Counted from the stretch's first letter, positions 11,230-24,060 are shown. The stretch is DNA of 64,000 nucleotides from Azolla caroliniana (GCA_043228905.1 JBHGNT010000005.1:5890001-5954000); one strand, 5' to 3'. Numbers and translations: made by a program. The notes: generated by a model not told the origin, from the sequence alone.

Positions 11230-13437
11230 TGCATAAGTGGAGTGATGCCGAAAAGGTATTCAATGAAGAGATGAAAATGCAATCTAGCAAGGACACTACA
11301 AAGAAGAATACGTCGGGAGAGAGCAATGATTTGGGGCCTTTTTCTGACAAGTTTGAGGATCAATCTATTGTTTTTGATGGTTATACAAAATGTATTGAGG
11401 ATAATACATTACAATATAATAAAAAATCGTCGAATAAGAAGAAGAAAGGACAGGTGCCAAATTTGGGTTCTCTGATTGATGATAAAGAGAAACGTGTGGA
11501 CAAAAACACAAGAATTTATGTATTTGATGAGCTCAAAACTCCAGTAAAAAGGGATTCGTCTGATGCTTCAAAAACAAGTGATAAGGGGAGAAATACACAA
11601 CCCGGAAAGGAGTCTGCAAAGCAAAAAGAGGAAAGGAGTGCAATAGAACTTGTTGGTTACACCAGCAGAGGTACATCACATGAAGATGATGACAAACCAA
11701 TGCGCAATTCGACTACAGTTGAAGGAGACCTTAACTCATACCCATCTAATGGCATCGATGAAGAGAATATAATTCTCAACCTCAAAGATGAAGATCAGGC
11801 AATACAGGGTACAAATCCGATGCAAACCCCAAAATCATCTATTAAGAATACAGGTGATGAAAATGATGATATCAGTAGTGATGAAGATAGTGATGCAGAG
11901 GAGATGGCAAAGATTTTTGCCAAGTCCATAAAGGAATACGTGCAACAAACTGAACTTAGGTTAAGGTACAAACTTTTATGAATGCAAATTGTTTAATTTG
12001 ATGAGTATTAGAGTTTCATTTTCAGTTACAATTAGATTCCAATCCCACTTTGTACTAGATGAGGCTTTTTACCAATAATGGTAATGAAGAAAAAGTAATT
12101 GTGTGAATGAAAATTAGTCGAAATAAGAAGGATGACATTGTGGTTCCGACTTTTTGTTGGAATTTGGATGCAGTGTGATAGGCACACCAAGGAGAAAAGA
12201 AGAAAAGAAAGAAAATTCAGTGGATGATGAGAAGAGTCTGTCAGTAATGTTGGATGATAATTGTTCACGGTATGCTGATGGAAATACCTCTTACTTTACT
12301 GGCAAATCAAAATCAATATATATTTTGTATTCATTATGAATATCATTGATGCTTTTTTGTTTTGCAGATTGAGTAGTTTGGATCGTATTTGGTGTCCAGA
12401 AACCAGGTTGTCATCATTTACAAATGCGAAGGCAACTAATTGGCAATCTTCGGGGAATGTTATGGCCGAGAGTATCTGGCAAAAAGAAGGGAAACTTCAA
12501 GATGGGCTGGTTGTGCCACCTATAGACCCATTGATACGCAATAAGCTGGCAAGAAAGCAGAAAGATAACACAGCAGGAGCGAAATGGTAATGCTTCATTT
12601 TCTGGTTTTGATAAGCCACTCTCGATGTCAAATTAAAAAGTAGAAATTGAGAAGAATTTTTCTAAATTCACATCTGCTGTGCTATACATAGAAAAAGCCT
12701 GAAAACAAACTGTCTGATATGATTCTATGAATAATGACAGGTTTAACCTCTCAGCTCCGACTATTACACCAGAATTAAAGAAGGAGCTTCAAATTTTGAA
12801 GGTGCTTTCAGATGTTCTCTTTTGATAAACGTCTGCTTATATCTTATAAGAGTGTTATTTTGAAATTTTCTGTTGAGATAGTCATTAAGTTCTTTACATA
12901 ACCTAGAATTCTTTGTTGGCAGCTTCGGGGTGTTGTTGATCCAAAAAGGCATTATAAAGCTGATGACTCAAAAGGATTGCCAAAGTATTTTGAAGTAAGA
13001 CTTTATGGATCTGTCTCTTAAATTCCGCTCCTGAATATTCTTTCACAAAATGGATTATCTTTCAATGGTTTATGAGTCTTTTAATGCTATTTTTTAATGG
13101 TTGAAATTTCTAATGTGCAAAATGAGTATTCATCAGGTGGGAACAGTAATAGGAGGTCCAACAGATTTCCATTCTGGAAGATTGACAAAGAAAGAACGGA
13201 AATGCTCACTTGCTGATGAACTCCTAGCAGACTCTTCAGTTACTGCATACAGGTTACTATTCTAATCCTTTCTTGTAAATTTTCATGTTTCTTTATAGGT
13301 TTTGAAACATTTTATATGGGTTTTCAATCATCAGGAAGAGGAAATATTTAGAGATTCAAGAGCAGAAGCAAGCGGGAGGAAAATCATTCTGGAAGAAAAC
13401 AAAAAGCAAACGGACGCCTGCATGGGCAAAGATATAA
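11229..13437 (+). CDS. FCF2: Fcf2 pre-rRNA processing protein (DNTTIP2/Fcf2 family); start uncertain
   Basis: Exons ~11229-11959 (or 11965), 12174-12269, 12368-12586, 12741-12801, 12923-12994, 13137-13252, 13335-13437. C-terminal Fcf2 domain: TAGAKWFNLSAPTITPELKKELQILKLRGVVDPKRHYK...LPKYFEVGTVI...FHSGRLTKKERKCSLADELLAD...YRKRKYLEIQ. Confidence 0.88.
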
Positions 13438-14669
13438 TGTATGCTTGATTAATTTGCATTCACAGCAATTGCCAATTCCTTTTTTATGCGAATTGTCTGG
13501 TTATCCTTGCAATTGAGTAGACATTTTTGCATGTACTACACATTTTTGCCTGAAAGGATTCTTTGTTAGACTTCGAGATTTTTGTTAATAGCTCATAGGT
13601 GAAAAGATCGCCTTCAAACATTGATGTGTTGCTTATGAAAAGTCCTACCTGTTTCAAATAAGATGAGAGTGTTTTTTCCCACAAGAATGTTTTGACATTA
13701 AAATAAAATAACCAGTTTGTTAGTAGTGCATAGGCCAAAGGTCATCTTTAAACATTTCATGTGTTGCAATTAAGACTCATTGTTTTCAATCAGATGAGTG
13801 TTATTTCCTGCAAGGATGTTTTCGCATTAAAATAATAAAACCATATACAAGATCAAATTGTCTCTATCTCTTATCTCTCTCATGGCCAGGATGTTTCTTA
13901 AGATTATCTGATGTTGTGTTTGAGTGTCTACCACATGCATGTGTTGATTGGAGTTGTATAAAATGTGTACATGAAGAATTCAATTCTTACCAATATATGA
14001 GACCAGAAATTTTTTATTGGATTGGAATAGGGTTTACTTTTGTTCAATTATGGATATTAGTATGCGACTCTGTTCTCATAGTAGCAAAATGAATATGTAC
14101 ATATGAGTAAAATACTTCCTTTGAACAAATCAAATTACATAGAATAAGTTTTATTCACCATCCAAAATACGTTTATCATTGTCAATAGTCTCACTAATGG
14201 CAAGATTATTTGGATCTATAATGGAATAGTCATGATCAATTCACTAATGGCAAACCTATTTGAATTCATAATGGAATAAAATGTAACTACATATGTTAAA
14301 AAGAAAATGATAAGAGAGGATTGAGTTCCTAGAATCATAGGGAAGCGAACCAAAAATTTACAAAGGACAGGTTTGCAAAATTTTGTGTTCTACTTGGATA
14401 CAAAATATGGACAAATGGTTCGGAAGATGGGATGCAACACACTTGCTTCATGATGCATAAATAGATTCCTCTATGAATGAAGCCATTTTGCATGTATCAT
14501 GACATGGGAAAAATGTGGAGGTTCATTCTTCCCTAAATGGGAAATTCGAACACGTCAATATATGTCAGAGCTCGTCTCGTTATCTGCCATTAGAACCATT
14601 GCTTCCATGAGAGTTAGCTTTCACTATGTTGTAAGACGAGTTGTTAGGGCACATGTGATGATAATAGTC

Positions 14670-14960
14670 AACAATGCACATTTTGCCCTAAACAAGTTTG
14701 GGAGTTTGAATATCAAACTTTGATATTCAATGTTCTACATTTGCTCACAATGTTCAACCAAACTCAATCCTTGCACAAATTTCTCGCACAATCACAATGT
14801 GCCTTTTCAATTGTGGCATTCATTAATAAAGTTCTTGCACATCGATAATCACTACTCACATTCACATGCACACGTGTATTTTTCGCGACAATGTGAAAAT
14901 GTTATATTTTTTGTCTCATAGGTCATATTTGACCTCTGAAGTTGATGATAATTCTATCTT
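14670..14960. repeat. Dispersed repeat (probable DNA-transposon remnant), copy A; homologous to 61058-61330
   Basis: Shared blocks GCACA.TTTGCCCTAAACAAGTT, CAATCCTTG.ACAAA.TTCTC, CATTCATTA.TAAA.TTCTTG, ACTCAC.TTCACATG and CATAGGT.ATAT.TGAC.TCTGAAGT. Confidence 0.75.
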
Positions 14961-14999
14961 TCTTTCATTCTATTTCAACATGTAATCAATCATTGCTAA

Positions 15000-15435
15000 T
15001 GTAAAGCCTACATAGCTTGGACATGGAAGAACCCCATTGTCACTTGTGTGAGAAAAGAAAGAAGACAAGAAAAAGACGAAGTCATCACCAAGAATATGAA
15101 TTCTTGAGATCATGAGTAACCCAACGATTGGTGGCTATACGAGATCACAAGGGAGAACTGTGTAATGACTATACCTTGAGTATACAATCACTGTGAAACT
15201 CCCTTGGTACCATTGATGTCAAGGTCGAGGACAATGAAATGGTGGAGATATGCTATGAGAGTCCCCCAAAACTGTTATTAGGTACTTGGGTGTACGTTGC
15301 ACGACCCATGAAGACATTGGCATTGGTACTAAAAACCAAGATGAGACCAAGAGAAGGGGAACACAATAAAGTTAGCTCTATAGCTTTAGGGTTAATGGTG
15401 TGTTTTGGAACCTCGTAATTTCTCCTCTTTAACAT

Positions 15436-15484
<49 letters not shown>

Positions 15485-15720
15485 CTTCTCCAATTATTAA
15501 GCCAAACACTAATAATTCTCTTCATTGTGTGTGTGGTGTAACTTCTCCAATCAAAGTGTGGTTAGCATCATTATGTGTAATGTTCTTTACTTGCCTTTAG
15601 GAGGCATTGATTAGTTACACCTTAGTTAGGCTAATTTTGTGAAGGAGGTGAGTAAAAGTTCACTAGGTTAGCGGCTCGAGAGTGATTAACAAGCAACCAT
15701 CCTCACTCGACTCGCCATCA
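15000..15720. mobile_element. LTR-like or TE-derived remnant with (CT)n
   Basis: Begins TGTAAAG, has an LTR-like U3/R composition and a (CT)n run at 15439-15481. No coding signature. Confidence 0.3.
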
Positions 15721-15782
15721 ATAGGATCGGTATAAGCACCATGGGGAACATAAGCAATCACCAACAAAAAATCTCCAAGTAC

Positions 15783-16290
15783 CTGCTGCCAGGCTTCTTA
15801 GAGCCAGAAGAACCTTCTTTAGATCCAACCCCTCACATCAAAAGTCGCTCTACTAGAGTCAAGCTCAACGATAATATTGATACAAGGAAAATACACAGTT
15901 GGAGTTGCATAGAGCACAAAATCTATCATTAATCTTGCCAATACACCATTAGCTTATAATTGGGATTTGTATAGACTATACTGTCATTGTTTGTTTTATC
16001 ATTTGAACTCCCACCAAGTGCACCAAAAGGAGTACAATCTCGATCATCAGGGTTTATAACCCCGCCTCGCACAAATGTTTTACCACCCGGTTCATCATCA
16101 GCCTTGAAAGAATCCACAAATTTCTTGCAGCTTCTTCATCTCCTCTCTATATAAATCAACCAGTAAACTATTTATATGAAGCGAAATGTACATGTAGGAA
16201 GGAAGAAAAAAACATTTTACTATGATCAAATGGGTCAAAGCATGAATGTGAACAGATAAAAAACAATAGAGTACCTTCTTCTTCTGTATG
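15783..16290 (-). pseudogene. RRC1: Fragment of U2 snRNP-associated SURP protein (RRC1/U2SURP/SR140) N-terminus, with a retained intron and a frameshift
   Basis: KKK|gt..ag|RGDEEAAR-(frameshift)-FVDSFKADDEPGGKTFVRGGVINPDD (16146-16040) and GSKEGSSGSKKPGSR|gt (15835-15783). These match recalled plant RRC1 EFVESFQGDN..KTFVRGGTINP...SKDG..VSKKGSRY. GT-AG intron at 16147-16274. Confidence 0.75.
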
Positions 16291-17592
16291 GGTGGGAATT
16301 AAGGCAAACAGCTTCGCGGTTTTGTGGATTCCATCTTTTCTCCATTACACAAGAAAACTCTACAAGTGATTTCTTATACTAAAACGATCAAATCCCGTAA
16401 TCTCATGAATAAGCTATCTATCTCTATCTGTTTAATAGTGATTTCTGTTTAGTAGTGTAGGCATATCTCTATCCCCTCTTCATGCTTGAGATGTCGAGAC
16501 CAATTCTCAATCAAAGCTCCACCATTCCCGTTTTTGTTAGGTGTGCTACCAATTGTAACCAGATGCAATTTTTAAATCAATTTCCTGTGCTAAGGCATTT
16601 CCTTTAGAGGTTGGGTCTTACCTCATGTCATGTCAAGATATCATCATTTTTTTTCATTCAATGTTTTAATATCATTATGAAACCAAATGGCTAATGCAAT
16701 GGCATATCAGTTGCATGTAGCTATGGAGGTACACCATACACTAACTATTCTCAAAATGTGGGTGTGGCTAAAAAACCTTCAGCTCTCCAAGGCGAATAGA
16801 AATTTCTAAGTGCATTCCTGGTTTCACGATTTACATTGTTTAGCATCATCAAATATTGTACATAAACAAGCCAACTTGTGCTAGTGAGTACCCACATTAT
16901 TTTACATATTCAATTCATTCTTGATTATTGTTTCCAAATACAAATTCTTGTCCAAGCATACGAGCTAAACAAGTGCCTGCTATCACATCCCACATTGAAG
17001 CATGCTGGTTACTATATGTGCTAATTTTAAAAGTTGATTTCAAAGTTGTTAACATAAACCAATAATAAACTTAATGTCATTTGCCAGCACAACCTTTGCA
17101 ACAATCTCCATTGAAAGACCCTATCTAGCCTTAGAAAATCAGGTTCTGATATAATGAAATGCTATGAGGAATACATACATATAATATTCCATATCATTAC
17201 CTCATTTGAACAATACAAATTCCCTTTTAAAGGGTCAAAAATAATGAGGAATGGCATTAACACATTCAATGATTAATTCAAATAATTACAGCTAACCGTA
17301 GATCATGGATAATCTAGTAATTCAACTGAGCACAAGTAGAATTTTTACTATACCTTGGCATCTGTAAGAAATTAATAAAATGTGTTGTATTCATAAGTTG
17401 CTTCCATGCAACGCTTTTGTACTGAGAAGATAACTCATATTCCATTAGTAAACTTAAATGCTGATTAGTGAATATCCCAAAAAAATTGTAAAACTTTATG
17501 CTGACAAGAAAACTGAGGTCTTTCATATAATCATGACGAACAATTCCCACCCTTTTGGCAAATATAAAATAGCATTCATTACAATTTTTAGC

Positions 17593-20500
17593 TCAGACCT
17601 TTGTCTTTGGTGACAATCCTATTTCCACTTTTTTTATTTCAAAAATTAGCATTCTCCACATTTTCATTACAAACATTTCTGCCTCATCATCCAAAATTTT
17701 AGATAGAAGCTCAAGCATAGTGGTAGCACTCGCATGTTTTCTCAAATTTGAAATAATGTATTCAACCAACGTATTCTCCTCTTCTCCCAAGTACTCTGCA
17801 ATCTTTTTCTGGATCCACGGTTTCATCCTTTCATGAATTTCATGCTGAAAGAAAGAAATATAAGACTGATATTTCCAGGAAAAAACAACAAGTAATGATT
17901 ATTTCCCACACAAACCTCTAATGACAATCAGCATAATATTGTATTTATACGCTACGCAAACTTCAAAGAGACCTCAGATTAGATAATATAATTCAAATTC
18001 CAATATCTCTTTGTTCTTCTAGGGTGGAGGGGCATATTTACCTGACTGTATATTTTCCAGTCTACCTCGTAGGCAAAAAGCTCATCTTTTGTCTTTGGGA
18101 TGGTATCAATCAAGTGTTTAACATCAAGTTTGGCAGGTGCATGCTCCTTTTCTCTATTGCACTTCTTTGCATTTTCTTCCCGTTGACCTTTGTTGTTTGA
18201 CTTCTCATTCTGTCTCCTTCCTCGACCAAGATCAAGCTCCACCTCCTCCTTGGATGTGCTGGTCCGCAGATTTGACAAGCTCTTAGCAAACTCAGCTGCA
18301 GCTGCTAAATTTGGCTGGATAGTCCCCATTGTAGTGGGCTTCAAAAATGCAACTGCTTGCATCTCTTCAGCAGAATATTCAATTGGTACTAGCTGCCTTA
18401 ATCCACAATCTTTAGGTACATCCTCTTCATCATCCAGGTGGAAAACAGAATGCATAGTTGCTCTTCTTCCAGCTCCCATCAGCCCAAAACCTAGTTTTGT
18501 TGGACCAGTGTTTGGTTTCTCAGCCATGTCCATAATGCTTACAGGAAATCTCCCAACATCTTCATCAGTAATCATATTGCTGATAGTGGTGTCTTTCTCT
18601 GTACCTTTGAGACATGCAAAAGAACTATTAGCATTGACTGATACAAGTGAAGATAAACTCATGGCCAAACGGTCTTATAATTAACTATATCTTCTTGAAA
18701 AAGATGCAAAACATACCACCAACACTAGACACATGACTCCCTTGCTTGCTTTCAGGTTGGCTTAGTTCTGCATTATATGTTGCCTCAGGCTCTATGCTCC
18801 CTTCCTCAGCAGTGTCTGCTGCCTTTGTGGCAGCCTCAGCCTCAGCCATTTCACTAAGTCTCTTCTTCACTTGTTCTTCATAATCCTCTTTCAGCCTCTT
18901 TCTCTTTGCTTCCACAATCTCCTCTTGTTCTCTCAAACGATCCTTCTCATCATCCTCCCATTCCCTCTGTATTCTCTTGCGTTCACCATAAACATCTATT
19001 CCATTTCTCTTCCATCCTTCGTTGTCATCACTCTCTTCCTCTTGTTCTGTGATTAACTTCCCTCTTTGCTTCTCCCGCTCCTTCTCTTTCTCTCTATCCA
19101 CATTTCTTATGCGCTCTTTTTCCTTTTCCCTCTCGTCCCATGCTTTCTCAGATTCCTCATACAGGCGTTCTGAATCTCGCAGCCTCATCTCCCTGCCCCG
19201 TTCCCGACGAGCATGATTTCTCTCTCTTTCTCTTTCCATTTGGTCAATTTCCCAATCCTTTTCCCTATTCCGCCCTTTCTCCTTATTTTTGTCTCTATCC
19301 CTATCCCTTCCTCTGTCCCATTCTCTAGTCCTCTCTCTATCCCCAGGCTTTTCAGTTCGTTTTCCTTGATCAGAAGAGTTCAAATCTAACCCATCAAGTT
19401 CAGAGTTCCCTTTGTTTTCGTTGGTCTCCTCATTAGCACCATCATGTCCATCTGAAAGCCAATTCCTTCACTTAGACCAAGGATATTGTTGACAATTCTT
19501 ACTGCTTGTACATTGCAAGTTATTGTAAATTCAAGTTTATTCACCATTCTTCCCTCTATCAGCAACAGAATCCTTGTCCCGAGAGATTGCAAGCACATCA
19601 GGCATTGAAACAGAATTTCCAACTGCATCTGAGACACAAGTCAAAGGTGGTGGAAGGGGTAATGGCATCAGTTTCCCCCTGGAACAATGATCAAATTTTC
19701 AGCAAATGAATGTTCATCATCTCAACGAACTTCCATTTTATGCAGGAGCAGTTAGAACAGGACCTTTCTTCCAGCAAGCCAGCAAGTCTCTTCTGCGCAC
19801 GCTCATCTGCTTCCCTGTCTTCATTATTGACTATTCCAAATGTCTTCTCATCTGATTCTTGATCTTCTCCAGTAGATTGATCTTCCTGTGGAGCCTCAGA
19901 AACAGGATCTTTAACAGGGTCAGGGACGTCTACACCTGGTGCAGCCTCAGCTTCCCTCTCTGTATTTGCTTCTTGTTTCAACTGCTGCTCAGTTTCCTTC
20001 TTTGTCTGGACATAGCGATCCAAATACTCCCTTGCAGCCTGAGTAACAGTGAGCTGAACAATTACAAACACAAAACCATTTAGCGTTAAAGATACACAAA
20101 AAACAGAAAGAAGATATTGTAATGGCTTTTGAAACTCAATTTTATCAACCTTAAGTTCTCGCCCATCCAGGCTGAGCCCATTAAGTAACCGTAAAGCTCG
20201 TAGAACTCCATCTGCTGATACAAACTCACAAAAACCAAAGCTTGCAGCTGTGGGTTCTTGGGCTCGTTTCCAGCTTTTGATGGATCCACAAAGCTAACAT
20301 GCAAGTTTGTAGATATTAAGTCAGGCACCTTAAGACAAATATGCACATCACATAAAAAAAATCAGATGGTCATACCTCCAAGATAGGTTTAAGAAATTCA
20401 TCATCCACTGAAGGTGCTATCTTTCCAACATACACAAGGGTCTGTGGTTTCTCAGGTATTGATGGACGAACTAGGGCATTAGGTTGAATTAATGGTGCTC

Positions 20501-23465
20501 TAACCAAAAGGTTAGGTGCTCGGGGTGGAAAAGTTGGTGGCCTACGCATAGGTATAAATGGAACCCCAGGGAACCGAGGAGCCATGCCTGCAGGTGCAGA
20601 GCCAAGAACTGGATGGCAAACCAAGATGGAAATCAAGTAAAGAAACATATATAAGCTTCCACCCAGGGTAATTGCATTGCAGTAACGTTAAAATCATCAT
20701 CTAAAAAATGGACCTTATGAAAATCTTCCTTTGCAATATAGATAGAAAATTAAAGTCAATTGCTCACCTCAAAAGTATCAGTTGTGTTGAATATGAAAGC
20801 GGAAGGAAAACTGATTTAACAAGTCAAATAGAACCTAGATACACAGAAATAAGCCTGGTGTAGCTCAATGCTACACCAAACTGACAGAAGCGAGTTAAGC
20901 TCTTTATCCTTTGTCATTATATTTAACTCAACGTAGTAATAAAAAAAGAGCAACAAAACACACAAAAAAGTTTTTACCCACCCTAGAGAGTAGGGGCCAT
21001 GGGGCTAGACTCTCCTCTGACCGCATGGAGGAAATAAATGCTAAATGCTGACCCTCAAATCTGAAATTCAGAAAAATATTACAACATCAAGGACCGCACT
21101 ACGCTAAGATAATAAGTCTAGAAAGTTGATCTACTTTCGGAAAGTTTAAAACACTGCAGTCAGAGATTCCACCCAATAGTCATGTTCATCAAAAGACTGC
21201 TTTCACATGTCAAGTAATGAAGATTCTTGTGACTTTAAAACTAATCTCACTAACTAAGCCCAGTCTGGAAAATGATAGGCTGCATTCCCATAGCCAGAAT
21301 AGCACTCCATGGACAATAGATTTTCATTTGAAGTTTCATTATAAAGAAGAATACAGTGAGCATGATAATTTCACCAATACTTCAACATACAAAGTGCCCA
21401 GTCAAGGAATTCTCCATGGTTCCAGAGGAGTTAGAATGTTGATTCTATTAGTAATGAAACATTCACTGCAAATCGTGTTACTATCAAATACATTCGCCAG
21501 AGTGTGCTGAACATTTGATAATCTATATATTGAAAACATCGATGCATCTTATAAAATGAAAATCAAATGTCTCAGGACCAAGAGACACACAACACATAAT
21601 GGTACATCAGATTACTGATAGCAGATAATAAATACTATCTGAAAGGCTACACATCAGTAGTCAGCTGCATGCAAACCCTATTTCTAGATAACCGAAATTA
21701 ATGAGTTGGAACCTCAGACTTCCACACATGAATCACCAAACATTAACCTTAAGTAAACTGGTGGCTACAACTCTTGTTGAAAATTCTCCTAATGCTTTAA
21801 TGCAATGAAGAGTCCATACATTCTTATGAGGATTGTAATAAGCCACTTCCAGCTGACTATAATGCATTTGGACTCTCCAGATTAAATACTAAAATCAAAC
21901 AATTATATGGTATTGATTGCAAAACAGTTGATAACGCCAAAACTGTTGCCAAATCCAATTATAGGAGGCCCAAGTCTACAGTTTAAAAAAAGTGGTAAGA
22001 TGTCTTTAATTAGTTAACAATGAAACATGCCTAAGAAACTTCCAGGAGAAAACCACAATTTTCACTTAATTCACCACCAGGGAAAATCATATAAACAAAG
22101 AAAGATCTACTTAAGATGTTTATTAACTATGACTTAATTTCACATCCAGTACGCTAGGTTGCACCTCTTCAAAGAATTTGGCATCCTATTGGGCCCAAAA
22201 ATCTCTCTTTCTGGTATTTCTTTTATCGATAACTAATAGAATATAATGTTATAAGATAGAGACCTAGAAACACAGAAAGTAGTTTAAGCCTATGTCAACA
22301 TCAAAACCATATAAAGTCTTCCAAAGTATTCTTAGCCAAGCTAGTAAGCACACTACCTATGATTTCTGAAGGTTTTTTATCTCTAGCATGATTCTTTTTT
22401 TACTCTCTAAAACTGAGTTTTGAGTTTTTATCAAAAAAGGGGTTTGTTTGAAAAGACAGACCTTTGTCATGCTGTTAAGTGCCGCCTCGTCCAAAAACAT
22501 ACCTTAACACTCTCACTTATCGACTCACATAATCTTTTAAATCAATTCATGCAGGCCTTCACTTAATGTGACTTTATAAGGCATAATTTTAACATTGGAT
22601 GCATACAAAACCACACACATCAGAATCCAATCCTATCTGGACCGACTCATTGTTAATCTTGGGGCATACAGCTGTAACTCCCCCAATCTTCAAACCATTG
22701 ACCCTTGACCATTTCATGCTAGCCATGAAATGTCATCTTGCTGGACTTCAAGAGTTCAGAAGAGCAAGTAAAAAAATAATGACAATAATAATGTCCAATT
22801 CTATCTGGACGGATCCATTGTTAATCTTGGGGCATGCTGGCCATGAAATGTCATGTTGTTCGATCTCATGAGTTCAGAAGAGCAAGTAAAAATAATAGCA
22901 GCAAAATAAGATAAATAATTCCATAAAGAGAATAAAAAACTCAACAGCTCTTGGTGATAAAGATATCCATTTGCAAGACGAATTTCAGGGGGTGACCATC
23001 AATTTGGCATATTATATAAACATGGAAATAAAGATATAATCAATATGTTTCTTTGGTTTCAAACAATCCACACCAGAAAGTGACAAACCCAATGTAGATC
23101 TCCTTAGAGAATCAGGCCCATTACAGAAAATGCTGATGTCTTCAACTGAATTTATCAACTTTGATTAGACTTGAGAAATGAACATTGTCGTGTGAGGCAA
23201 CATCCGATCACCCTATTTGTACACTCTACTCTTTTAACCATAGGAATTCATCAAGAGTAAATTCTACTTGCCATACATCTTAAAATTTGCTCAAAGCTCA
23301 CAAAAAAAACCCACCTCCTGGGGGCATGAAGATGGTGGGATTTGCCGCGAATGGCGCTTGATACTGGGGCCTTGGGATTGCTCCTGCGGAAACGGCCAAT
23401 ACTTGTGGCGGCCTAGCAACATCTGCCATTTGTAAATGAACGTGTGGCATGTGTCCTTGAGACAT
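17593..23465 (-). CDS. RBM25: RNA-binding protein 25 (RRM + RE/RD-rich + PWI domain splicing factor)
   Basis: Exons 23315-23465, 20376-20587, 20150-20293, 19764-20053, 19545-19678, 18717-19451, 18042-18604 (acceptor uncertain), 17593-17844. Motifs: EKPQTLVYVGKIA, LCGSIKSWKRA, FGFCEF...GVLRALRLL, LIDTIPKTKDELFAYEVDW, MKPWIQKKIAEYLGEEE...ILDDEAEMFVMKMWRMLIFE (PWI). Confidence 0.92.
22625..22895. repeat. Local ~170-bp tandem duplication in RBM25 intron 1
   Basis: TCCAAT.CTATCTGGAC.GA..CATTGTTAATCTTGGGGCAT, CCATGAAATGTCAT and GAGTTCAGAAGAGCAAGTAAAAA each occur twice. Confidence 0.75.
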
Positions 23466-23914
23466 GACTGGATGAGAAGGTTGAGATTCTTGTCACCAAT
23501 GCACCTCCTAGTCCAGACGGTGATAAGGCAAATGGTGGGCCTCGTATGGGATTGTGGTTTCTCTTGATGAGGAAATGCTAGTGGTAATGAGAAGCTCAAC
23601 GACACTGGCGATCTGGCAGCTGCAGATGCAGGGGGAGGAGAGGTGAAGCTGAGATTCTGCGGTCTGTGCTGTACTCGTCCTTCTTCTTTGGAAAGACCCT
23701 CCAAATGGCATCATCAAAAACCGATCAGGGCGGACGAAAACGATGGGGGAGGGATTAACTCCACCTGTGCTAAATGTTACTAGTAACTACTGAAGGAGTG
23801 TCCCCCGCAATGAAGCAGGAAAAGGGAACAAACAAGCAACCTCACAGAAACCCTAATCATCTCCTCCTAACAGAGAAACCAAAAGGAAACAGGCAGGCGT
23901 CCTTCCCGGCGCCG

Positions 23915-23961
<47 letters not shown>

Positions 23962-24060
23962 GTCCTGCTCCTGCTCCTCCTCCGGCATGCCTTCAGTCTC
24001 TTCTTCTTTGTCTGAGAGAAACAGAGCATGTGTGTGTGTGTGTGTGTGTGTGTGTGGTAA
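23466..24060 (-). promoter_or_regulatory. RBM25 5' leader with (CA)n, (GA)n, telo-box, a putative leader intron (~23765-23840) and uORFs
   Basis: Telo-box AAACCCTAA at 23848. Acceptor TTAGCACAG at 23765. ATG-initiated uORFs at 23988-23857 and 23714-23508. Confidence 0.5.

Noticed and set aside
20882-20900. miR156-like sequence TGACAGAAGCGAGTTAAGC
   Set aside because: Several mismatches to miR156 and no star arm. The adjacent 9-bp hairpin (20856-20878) does not pair with it.
2729-23465. Functional cluster of RNA-processing genes (U2AF65, FCF2, RRC1 fragment, RBM25)
   Set aside because: Housekeeping genes often neighbour each other in gene-dense regions. No shared promoter or operon-like structure is visible, and synteny data would be needed.
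23493-23510. U-to-C RNA editing or read-through removing the two stops before RBM25
   Set aside because: U-to-C editing in ferns and hornworts is known for organellar transcripts only, and a good downstream ATG exists.
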